Shown here piece after piece: positions 18,805 to 27,601 of a stretch of DNA of 32,000 bases (position 1 is the first letter of the stretch; every line of letters starts with the position of its first letter). The translations under genes and the position numbers were made by a program. Source of the DNA: Trichodesmium erythraeum IMS101. Its GTDB lineage: Bacteria > Cyanobacteriota > Cyanobacteriia > Cyanobacteriales > Microcoleaceae. The DNA lies in NCBI RefSeq assembly GCF_000014265.1, contig NC_008312.1, positions 7,050,001-7,082,000 of the forward strand. Direction: 5' to 3'. The notes below the pieces were generated by a model. The model was not told the DNA's origin and did no database searches. It saw nothing but the letters and a program-made list of their open reading frames with translations.

Positions 18805-18845
18805 TATACTTTTATTTGGTAAATCAGAGATGATTGAGATTAGTT

Positions 18846-19097
18846 CTAGGAAGAATTGATTATACCTTCTCTGAAATAACTAATTAGTATCTCAAAGGTC
18901 GAACTCTCCAGTTGTGTTCGGCCTTTGATATCTAGTTTCCGTTTGAAACATTGGATATCCGATATAGCAATGAGCGCTGGTATATTTACAAATTTCTGGA
19001 AAGGCCAAATAGCTAAAAGTCTTATATTATCGTCAATTGATTCCCCCTGTTGCCAGATGAGCTTTTGCCTGCGCACAGCGCTATAAATGTAAGCCAA
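18846..19097 (-). CDS. Small ORF c: HicB/UPF0150-like domain, paralogous to ORF a. It has no ATG and lies in frame with ORF b across a TAG.
   Basis: SAVRRQKLIWQQGESIDDNIRLLAIWP...IPALIAISDIQ parallels ORF a's SALRKKKLIYQKDLEDGNVLAIQP...IEEIAILIERL. The only start is TTG 19097, with no obvious SD. It is separated from the ORF b stop (TAG 19101-19103) by a single codon in the same frame. Confidence 0.45.
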   Translation of the reverse strand: MAYIYSAVRRQKLIWQQGESIDDNIRLLAIWPFQKFVNIPALIAISDIQCFKRKLDIKGRTQLESSTFEILISYFREGIINSS

Positions 19098-19100
19098 CGA

Positions 19101-19475
19101 CTATAACCAAATTGACTGTCCTACCAACATTTTCCCTTGATGCTCTTCACACCATTTTTTTGATATTCCCATTTGATATTTGATAGTTGCTTTTGGAGAA
19201 ACTCCGAAAACATCCATGATTTCAGACTCAGTTAGAAGAATAAGTGTGCTTACTTTATAAGTTGGTGGTGGTGCTAAAGCAATAAGATAACGTACCTGAT
19301 TAACTTTAATCTGTAATTTTTGATTCCAAGTTTCATTAATAATCTCCTCAGAACCGGGATGATGACGACCAAAATCAACAGTAATACTTTTACCAGTATG
19401 ATGCTTGATTTCCAAAGCTTGATGACGAATATCAGGAAATAAACCAGATGAAGGTGGATAATTTATCCCAAGCAT
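19101..19475 (-). CDS. Small ORF b: N-terminal HicA-toxin-like segment plus an uncharacterised C-terminal half
   Basis: IRHQALEIKHHTGKSITVDFGRHHPGSEEIINETWNQKLQ resembles the HicA core pattern GSH......G..vtvP.H..kel..gtl..il.q. GAGG (19483-19486) lies 7 nt before the ATG. The ATG overlaps the end of ORF a by 13 nt. This is recognition by eye only. Confidence 0.5.
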   Translation of the reverse strand: MLGINYPPSSGLFPDIRHQALEIKHHTGKSITVDFGRHHPGSEEIINETWNQKLQIKVNQVRYLIALAPPPTYKVSTLILLTESEIMDVFGVSPKATIKYQMGISKKWCEEHQGKMLVGQSIWL

Positions 19476-19717
19476 TTAGCTACCTCAAATTCAAACCAAT
19501 TCCCTTTTGGTCGAACTTCTAAAAGTCTACCATTACTATCTCTTGGTGAGTCTATTTCCATTAGTCTTTCTATCAAAATCGCTATTTCTTCTATTGTGTA
19601 GAAAAGAGAAGTGTCTAAGGCAGGTTGAATTGCTAATACATTACCATCCTCCAAATCCTTTTGGTAAATTAATTTCTTTTTTCTCAAAGCTGATTGTAAG
19701 AGTTTTTCTCTTTCCAT
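19463..19717 (-). CDS. Small ORF a: HicB/UPF0150-like antitoxin-fold protein with no DNA-binding domain
   Basis: KLIYQKDLEDGNVLAIQPALDTSLFYTIEEIAILIERLMEI resembles the HicB N-domain pattern y.v.le.eedGgy.a.vPaLpGc.sqG.TleEA..n..eAiel. It starts 11 nt after the methyltransferase stop. Confidence 0.5.
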   Translation of the reverse strand: MEREKLLQSALRKKKLIYQKDLEDGNVLAIQPALDTSLFYTIEEIAILIERLMEIDSPRDSNGRLLEVRPKGNWFEFEVAKCLG

Positions 19718-19728
19718 ATTGTGATACC

Positions 19729-21636
19729 TTATGGCTTGTTTAAAAGTAAAATTTGTTCTATTTGCTGAATATCATCATCGACTAAATCAAACCAGTTATA
19801 AATGAGTTGATCGTTATTTTTTTCAAGAATTTGTTGTTCTTTTTGATCGGTAGATTGTAAAATTAGGCGGGTATTTTCTATCAATTGATTGACAGTAGCT
19901 AGCGACTTTGCTTGTCTAAAGTTAGGTATGGGATAAGATCTTAAATAAGATGCCCAATAGCGAAACCTTTTAGAATAAAGTTTATTACCACTGGTTACTT
20001 TATGAAAAAATTCCAAAACCTTAGAATTTAATAAAGATAATATCAGCAAGTAATGTTCAAGTGACTCTTCTTTTAGCAAAATATAAAAACAAGTGCCATT
20101 AACAAATAATCCCTTGTTATCTATAGCAAAACAATTGTGAGTTGAAATGTCTGGTGTAACAATCTTAAGATGTTGAAAATCGGTGGGTGATTGATGTACC
20201 CAAATCTCGTACCATTGTCGTCCAGTTTTTTTGATATAAATACGCGCTTCTAGTTGTTTTTGATGAGACAGTAAATATTGTTGAGTATTTGGATATAAAT
20301 TTAAGTTAATGGGTAAAAGTTTATTGTTTTGATATTTGTAAGGATATAAAACATAGAGATCGCTTTTTTCCTGCCAGTCACAATACTATTTACAAACATT
20401 ATGGCTTTCCAAAAGTGGAAAAATTACTGTTGACTCTAAATGGAGATTATTAATAAAATCAAAGGTCATAGGTTTGATAAAAACATTATCAGCCGTTGTT
20501 TTAATTCCTACACTGATTTTGTGACTAATATCAGCTAAGGTGCAAAATGTATTTTGTTTCAGTTTTTCAATAAGTTTTTGTTCTCTAGTAGTATGAAATG
20601 TCCATATAGATTGATTTATTTTTGGTAAAGCGGTTTTGAATTGTTTAACCTGAAAGTAGCGTTGTTGCCACTGGATAAATTCACAATGAGGTTGTTGGTT
20701 TAATAACTCGAATAAATTCTCAACTTTTAGATAGTTAGTGGCTGGTTTTCTCATTTGTTGAATGGAGGTGTAAAGAAAATAATCTGAAGCAGGAATTTGT
20801 TTTTCCAAAATTAATATCGTAGGTAAAATTGCAGCTTCAAATAATTTAGTATCCCCAAGATCGATAATTTCAATCAGACTATAATGTTTGAAAATATAAG
20901 TTCTTAATGCTTTTGCTCCTTGAGTTGTTAACAGCTTATTAGAGATAATATAACTTAATTGACCTTGTGGCTTGAGTAAATAATGCCCCAATTCAATAAA
21001 TAATCCGGCTATATCAAAGTGTCCACGAGCCGTTTGATATCTTTCAATGTAGTGATTTCGACGTTCTTTTGGTTGTAAATTTTGAATCCGAATATAAGGA
21101 GGATTGCCAATTATACAATCAAATCCACCTTCTGCAAAGACTTTAGGAAAGTTTTCTTGCCAATTAAATATCTTAGGATTTGAGAATAGCAAATTAATTT
21201 GATAATCGGTAAAGGAATGAAGTAAAGCATCACCTTGAAAAATTGGGATATTTACCTCTTTAACCCCCAGTAAGTTTGCTTTATTTTTGAGTTGTTTTTT
21301 AGCTTCATGTACAGCATTATTTTCAATATCAACACCATACAAATTATTTTCTAAAATATGGCGAATATCTTGAGGTTTTAGTTGTCCAAACTGCTTTTGC
21401 CACAATGAACAAAGTAAATCAAAGGCTTTGAGCAGAAATAACCCAGAACCACAAGCTGGATCGAGTATTTTGATTTTGTCCAACGGCGTGAATTTGTTTT
21501 TGTCCAAATAAGAGAATAGGGTGTGACTAACAATATAATCAATCAGGTTATCAGGGGTATAATGAACACCTAATAATTTACGCTGTTGTGCTGAATATTG
21601 AGTTTGATGATTCCAGGCTGAAGATTCTATTTTCAT
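19729..21636 (-). pseudogene. Gamma-class N6-adenine DNA methyltransferase (Eco57I/TaqI-like, with a C-terminal target-recognition domain) interrupted by one in-frame TAG
   Basis: Motifs are GVHYTP, ILDPACGSGLFLL (AdoMet motif I) and IGNPPYIR (motif IV, NPPY). The track ORFs 20386..21636 and 19729..20079 share one frame. My translation of 20080-20385 has no other stop. It reads ...ESHNVCK*YCDWQEKSDLYVLYPYKYQNNKLLPINLNLYPNTQQYLLSHQKQLEARIYIKKTGRQWYEIWVHQSPTDFQHLKIVTPDISTHNCFAIDNKGLFVNGTCFYILLKEES... The TAG is at 20386-20388. Confidence 0.85.
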
Positions 21637-22001
21637 CGGTAAAAATTATGTTATACACAAATATTTATTATGAACTAGGCCATTAATATTTTTTGATTTA
21701 ATATTTCAATTGGTAGTGGTTTTAATTGCTTTTTAGTTCTAGTTTAAATAACTAACAAAGTGTGATTATTTTTTGAACTAAATATAATCAGATAACTAAG
21801 TTTAGCTAGTAGAAATCTAAAGTATTAATTGTGGTAATCGTCTATAATAATAGTACATAAAATTGTCTGGGGTTGGAATCCATAAGCAATTTTTCCTTCT
21901 GCCTTCAGCATGGCTGCCTTCTACCTTATTAAAATATGTTTTACATGATAAAATACTACAGATATTCTATAATTAATGAGACAAGCTTAAATTAATCAAA
22001 C

Positions 22002-23312
22002 ATGGCAATTTCAACAGAATATAAACAACGACGCAAACAATTAATAACAAAAATTGGCAATGGTACGGCTATATTTAGAAGTGCGCCAATGGCTGTAATG
22101 CACAATGATGTAGAATATGCTTATCGTCAAGATAGCGATTTTTTTTATTTAACAGGTTTTAATGAACCGGAAGCTGTGGCAGTTATTGCACCACACCATG
22201 AAAAGCATAAATTTGTTCTGTTTGTACAACCAAAAGACCAATTAAAAGAAACTTGGACTGGTTATCGTGCTGGAGTGGAAGTTGCTAAGGAAAAGTATGG
22301 TGCTGATGCAGCTTTTTCTATTAATGAACTGAATAAAAAGTTGCCTGAATATTTGAAAAAGGCTGATAAAATTTATTATCGTTTGGGACGCGATCGCAAC
22401 TTTAATGAAACAGTATTTAAACATTGGCAAAATTTAATGCGAGTCTATCCGAAATCTGGCACTGGTCCAATAGCAATTCAAGATGCAGGGACAATTTTAC
22501 ACCCAATGCGTCTTGTTAAAAGTGCTAAGGAATTAGAACAAATGCAAAAAGCTGCTGATATTGCTGTTAATGCTCATAATTATGCGCTCAAGTTTGCTCA
22601 AGCAGGTCAGTTTGAATATCAAATTCAAGCGGAAATGGAGTATATATTTTCTCGTCATGGAGCTACTCCTGCTTATCCTTCTATTGTTGCTTCTGGTGCT
22701 AATTCTTGCATTCTTCATTATATAGAAAATAATCGACAAATGCAAGAAAATGATTTGTTATTAATTGATGCTGGAGCTGCTTACAATTATTATAATTCTG
22801 ATATTACTCGAACTTTTCCCATAAGTGGGAAATTTACCCCAGAACAAAAGATTATTTATGAGTTAGTTTTAAGGGCACAGTTAGCGGCAATTGAACAAGT
22901 AAAACCAGGAAATCCTTATAAGCAAATTCACGAGACAGCAGTGCGAGTTTTAGTGGAAGGATTGATAGATTTAGGAATGTTAAAAGGTAATATTGATGAA
23001 ATAATTGAAAAGGAAAAATATAGGCCTTTTTATATGCATAAAACCGGACATTGGTTGGGTTTAGATGTTCATGATGTAGGTGTTTATCAGTGGGGAGAAG
23101 AACCTCAAATTTTACAACCAGGACAAGTTTTGACTGTGGAACCTGGTATTTATATTGGTCTTAATATTAAACCTGCTGAAGGTCAACCGGAAATATATGA
23201 TCGTTGGCGTGGAATTGGAGTAAGAATTGAGGATGATGTTTTGGTTACTGCAGAAGGATGTGAAGTATTAACTGCGGGAGTGCCTAAGTTAGTTGAGGAT
23301 TTAGAAAGTTAA
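22002..23312 (+). CDS. pepP: Xaa-Pro aminopeptidase (aminopeptidase P, M24B family)
   Basis: 436 aa. The N-terminal AMP_N-like region has YRQDSDFFYLTGF. The pita-bread metal ligands are in order: LIDAGAAYNYYNSDITRTF, HKTGHWLGLDVHD, TVEPGIY and GVRIEDDVLVT. Confidence 0.9.
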   Translation: MAISTEYKQRRKQLITKIGNGTAIFRSAPMAVMHNDVEYAYRQDSDFFYLTGFNEPEAVAVIAPHHEKHKFVLFVQPKDQLKETWTGYRAGVEVAKEKYGADAAFSINELNKKLPEYLKKADKIYYRLGRDRNFNETVFKHWQNLMRVYPKSGTGPIAIQDAGTILHPMRLVKSAKELEQMQKAADIAVNAHNYALKFAQAGQFEYQIQAEMEYIFSRHGATPAYPSIVASGANSCILHYIENNRQMQENDLLLIDAGAAYNYYNSDITRTFPISGKFTPEQKIIYELVLRAQLAAIEQVKPGNPYKQIHETAVRVLVEGLIDLGMLKGNIDEIIEKEKYRPFYMHKTGHWLGLDVHDVGVYQWGEEPQILQPGQVLTVEPGIYIGLNIKPAEGQPEIYDRWRGIGVRIEDDVLVTAEGCEVLTAGVPKLVEDLES

Positions 23313-23313
23313 A

Positions 23314-23460
23314 TTATGATAGAAATTTTATAGCAACATTAGGAGTATATATCTTAACTTCTTGACTTATCCAATTATCAAATTGTTGGTGAACAATTTC
23401 ACTACGAGGATCGTTATTCACAAGAGCTATTAGTAAATTAGAATTAATAACAATATTCAT
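23314..23460 (-). pseudogene. Truncated PIN-domain (VapC-like) toxin remnant
   Basis: The minus-strand frame from ATG 23460 reads MNIVINSNLLIALVNNDPRSEIVHQQFDNWISQEVKIYTPNVAIKFLS*. This matches the N-terminal third of cyanobacterial PIN toxins. It is only 48 aa long, and Asn replaces the usual first catalytic Asp (VIDSN -> VINSN). Confidence 0.5.
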
Positions 23461-23779
23461 TAATTATTAGCTAAAAAATAGACCTTTGTTCTAACTATTC
23501 TCGAATTTCTTCGACAGTCAGTAACTTGGATTCAGTGATACATTACTTTCTTTTTGTATTTTTTCCTTACGCTTAAATAATTCTACCACTACTTGCTCAC
23601 AGATAAAAATGTCATAATTGAACTTAGTCGTAACTCACTAAAATATAGGCGATAACATTAATATAAAGATAATTTGAGTAAATTGGAAATAGGAAATTCA
23701 AGTTTAAATAAGGATTGATTTTTCACTTTGGCAATTAAGTATAATAGAGAATTATAGAGCAACTAAAAAAGCAGGGAAT

Positions 23780-24004
23780 ATGAACAGTATCATAATCGAA
23801 AGCTTTGATGACGACCTCATAATTAGGTTATAAAAGCGAGGGGAATATAGTGGATGTTCTCTTGAAGCGGAAGCTAAAGAAATTATCGGTGTAGTCTTAA
23901 TAGAAAGCGAAGAAAATTCTTTACGTCTTGCTGACAAAATCAAGGAAGGTTTTTACCATTTTGGAGATATTGAAATGCCAATTACATCTAAACACTGCCT
24001 CTAA
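23780..24004 (+). pseudogene. FitA/VapB-like (Arc/RHH 'plasmid stability') antitoxin with an in-frame TAA and no toxin partner
   Basis: It reads MNSIIIESFDDDLIIRL*KRGEYSGCSLEAEAKEIIGVVL...LADKIKEGFYHFGDIEMP. This follows the family pattern M.sitIRnlddelk.rLr.rAa.hGrSmEeEaReIL. The TAA at 23831-23833 sits where Arg/Lys is expected. Confidence 0.55.
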
Positions 24005-24005
24005 A

Positions 24006-24089
24006 TTAGTTAAATTTGGTTTAACTACACAGCAAATCTCTGAAGCAGTAGATTTACCATTAAATGAAATACAACAGCTAATGGAATAA
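24006..24089 (+). pseudogene. Possible C-terminal fragment of an Rpn/DUF4351-type putative transposase-nuclease
   Basis: LVKFGLTTQQISEAVDLPLNEIQQLME* resembles the conserved C-terminal tail (GLS.EQIAEAL.L..EEV.Q) of these abundant cyanobacterial proteins. It is only 27 aa with no upstream body. Confidence 0.25.
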
Positions 24090-24505
24090 AAATATTACTA
24101 TAAGTTAATAGAATAAATATGATTGTTATATCAAGTTATTTGGTGTCTAGCAAACACTTTACATTTATAAATTAACCTCTCTCCATAGTGATTTGTTTCT
24201 AATTTATTAAACGTATTATTATCAAAATTAATTCCTTCTTATTCTATTTTTTTACTAAGTTTTTAAGACGCTAACTAAAAATGATTAACCTCTTTAATTG
24301 ATATTAAAATTTCTTGGTTATCTGATAAATTTACTTCCTCTAAGAACTCGATAATTTTTTCATTTTTTAATTAATTTTACCGAAATCAATTTAACTTATT
24401 AAATATACAGATTAAATATACAGAAAATTTTAGCTTAATTCTAACACTTATTTATTATAAATAAACATAGATTTAGACACAAGGTTTTGGCATAAATTAT
24501 TTGTG

Positions 24506-24529
24506 TTGGGTTTCGTTGCCTCAACCCAA
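24506..24529. repeat. GTTGGGTT...AACCCAA hairpin motif
   Basis: ttgggtt (24506-24512) and aacccaa (24523-24529) form a 7-bp stem with a 10-nt loop. It lies about 25-50 nt downstream of the tex S1 segment stop. A related arm pair (tgtaggtttgg ... aacccaaccaca) flanks 1444-1498. Confidence 0.4.
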
Positions 24530-24554
24530 ACTATAATAACTGATTAATTATTAA

Positions 24555-26711
24555 TTACTTCCTATTTCTCATAGATAAACCAATACGTTTCAACTTTTCA
24601 TTTACTTCCAAAACTCGCACTTTTACTACTTGCCCAACTTTCACAACTTGCTTGGTATCTTTAACAAAATAATCTGCTAATTGAGAAATATGCACTAATC
24701 CATCTTGATGAACCCCCACATCAACAAATGCACCAAAATTTGCCACATTAGTTACTATTCCCTCTAACTCCATTCCTACTTCTAAATCCCTAATTTATTT
24801 AATGCCTTCTCGAAAATTTGCATACTTAAATTCTGCTCTAGGATCTCGCCCTGGTTTTTCTAATTCACTAATAATATCTTTTAGAGTTGGTTCCCCAATT
24901 TTATCAGTAACATACTTTTTTAAATCCACATATTTTATTTTATTATAAATTTGGTTAATTTGATTTATTGGCACTCCTAAATCTTGAGCGATCGCCTCAA
25001 CCACAAAATAACTTTCTGGATGTACTGCCGTATTATCTAAAGGATTTTCACCACCACGAATCCGCAAAAATCCAGCACAAAGTTCAAAAGTTTTTGCTCC
25101 TAATTTTGAAACTTGTAAAATTTCCTGACGACTTTTAAAAGCTCCATTTTCATTCCGATATTTAACTAAATTTTTTGCCACTGTAGAACTCATACCAGAA
25201 ACAAAAATTAGTAGTTCTTTAGAAGCAGTATTCAAATCTACTCCCACATAATTAACACTACTTTCTACCGTCTCATCTAACTTTTTTTTCAACAATTTTT
25301 GGTCTACATCATGTTGATATTGACCGACTCCAATAGACTTCGGTTCAATTTTCACAAGTTCTGCTAAAGGGTCTTGTAAACGTCTACCAATACTAATAGC
25401 TCCCCGGACCGTAATATCTAAATCAGGAAATTCTTCTATGGCTACTTTAGAAGCAGAATAAATCGAAGCTCCAGATTCATTAACCATAACTTTTATTGGC
25501 TTTTCTTCCAAAGTAGAAATTACCTCAGTAATAAACTCATCTGTTTCTCTTCCTGCCGTACCATTACCAATAGCAATTAGTTCAATTTTATACTTTTGAA
25601 TTAACTCTTTAATTGTAATACTAGCTTGTTGCTTTTTTGCCACAGATTGATGGGGAAATATAGCTTGATATTCTAAAAATTTACCTGTTTCATCTAACAC
25701 TGCAACTTTACACCCGGTTCTAAATCCTGGGTCAATTCCTAAAGTTGGTTTCATCCCTGCAGGAGGAGATAATAATAACTCCCTAAGATTAGTTTCAAAA
25801 GTTTTAATTGACTCAATATCTGCCTCTGCTTTTTTTTGGGTTCTTACTTCATTAATTAGGGAATTTTTCATCAAACGATTAAAAGCATCTTTAAGCATTT
25901 CCTGATAAAAAATTCTGATTTCTTTGACTCTAGTACGAATTTCTGAATCTGCTAAATAAGATAGTATAAATTCTCGGTCAAAATCAATATCTAAACTTAA
26001 TACTTCTTCCGTTTCTCCTCGTAACAAAGCCAAAATATTATGAGGAGCAATATCTTTAACATTTACCCGAAAATTTCGGTACATTTCAAATTTAGTCGTA
26101 CCTTCTGGATAATCATTTTTTATTTTGGAAGTAAAACAACCAGAGTTGAGAAAATATTCTCGAATATAACTCCTTAACTCTGCCTTTTCTGCCACTGCTT
26201 CTGCCAGAATATCAGACGCTCCTTGGATAGCATCTTCTATATTTTTTACTCCTTTTTCTTCAGCAATATATTTAACTGCTTCTTGTTCAAGAGATATAAT
26301 TTTTGCTTGAGGATGATTTTGAGATTGGATAAATTCTGCCAAAGGTTCTAAACCTTTTTCTCTAGCAATAGTTGCTCTAGTTCGGCGCTTTGGCTTGTAG
26401 GGAAGATAGAGGTCTTCTAATTCTGTTTTCTGCAAACAAGACTCTATTTTTTCCTTTAATTCTTCTGTAAGTTTACCAGTTTCACTAATTGCTTTTAATA
26501 TAACTTTTTTTCTTTCTTCAAGTTCTTGAAGATAAGTATATCTATCCCAAATATTCCGCAATTGAGTTTCATCCAGGGAACCAGTATATTCTTTTCGATA
26601 ACGAGCTACAAAGGGAATAGTTGCTCCTTCGCTTAAAAGTTTTAGAGCATTTTTAGTATTTTTAGGATTAATATTTAATTCTTGAGAAATATATCTATTT
26701 ATTTCCATCAT
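24555..26711 (-). pseudogene. tex: Tex (S1-domain transcription accessory protein) interrupted by one in-frame TAA between the body and the S1 domain
   Basis: The 638-aa ORF has Tex N-terminal, YqgF-like and helix-hairpin-helix regions (IPFVARYRKEYTG, LGIDPGFRTGCKVAVLD). The 72-aa ORF is a canonical S1 domain ([28 protein letters not shown]). Both are in one frame and read [20 protein letters not shown]. The TAA is at 24795-24797. Confidence 0.9.
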
Positions 26712-27149
26712 GAGCTATCTATATAAACATAATTTTTGATAATTTTATACCAATTTATAAAAAAAATACAAATAATCAAGGTAATAAAAAAACTTTAGAG
26801 AGTAGTGGCTTGATCACGAATTAATCACGAAAAAGATAAGTTATGACCTAAAGATTATATCGTATTCATTTATAATAACTTCATAAGTAGGTTGTATATG
26901 ACTTCCCTACTCCTGAATTCAAATATATATAATCAGAACTAAGTATTTTTAACCAACATTTATCATACTTGACGTGAGAGTTATTGGGAAATAAAGTAAA
27001 AGTAAAATAAGTTAAGAAAAAATTGGCTAGCTTGAGTACTAAATATTAAGGGGACTTTAAAGTAGCATATATTACTCAGATCATTAACACCGATTAAATT
27101 GTAAAGCATTTCAATGCTTACTCTTAACCTTCACTCAGATATATTAGTA

Positions 27150-27601
27150 AACATTGAGGGATAAACCTCCTCAGCGCTCTGTTGGAGGAGGCCGTAAGCT
27201 TCGTTTACTGACTTCTAAAAACAAATGATTTTATATTCTCTTCTACTTGAAATGTTACCTCGCCTTTGATAGTATCTTGTTTGATATAGACTGCAGCTAG
27301 GTATATAATTAGCCTCATGGTTTACAGCCTATTTTAGAAGCATCCTTAGGAGAAAAAAGCAGTATCAGAATGCCATATACCCACCCCATAAAAAACCAAA
27401 GGGGGAAAAATTAAGCGCAACAGCAAAAGTATAGAAAAGGGAAAGTTGAGTCTATTTAGGGTGATATTTGAAAACGCTTTCGCGGGAGTCAAAGGTTATG
27501 GAGCTGTAAATGAGATTTACTGTCGTCATAAGGATGATTTTGATGACAAGTTAATGTTAATAGTAACTGGTGAATTGAATTTGTACCTGATGGCAGCATA
27601 A
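27150..27601 (+). mobile_element. Degraded IS5/DDE_Tnp_4-type transposase remnant (N- and C-terminal pieces; catalytic middle deleted)
   Basis: The N-terminal piece reads ...KPPQRSVGGGRKLRLLTSKNK*FYILFYLKCYLAFDSILFDIDCS*. The C-terminal piece reads MPYTHPIKNQRGKN* and then, after a frame shift at an A-run, RNSKSIEKGKLSLFRVIFENAFAGVKGYGAVNEIYCRHKDDFDDKLMLIVTGELNLYLMAA*. Both fit the ends of this transposase family. I could not find terminal inverted repeats. Confidence 0.6.

Noticed and set aside
18846-19717. ORFs a, b and c considered as frameshifted fragments of the cognate restriction endonuclease of the neighbouring methyltransferase
   Set aside because: ORF b has its own good SD and ATG, with a stop immediately upstream in its frame. 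ORFs a and c are paralogues of each other rather than consecutive parts of one enzyme. The only nuclease-like hint (PD...EIK in ORF b, with a 6-residue gap) is weak. This is not excluded, but I cannot support it.
27168-27192. Hairpin cctcctc...gaggagg, considered as a regulatory structure
   Set aside because: It coincides with the GGGRK-coding part of the degraded transposase frame, so it is more simply explained as coding-sequence residue.
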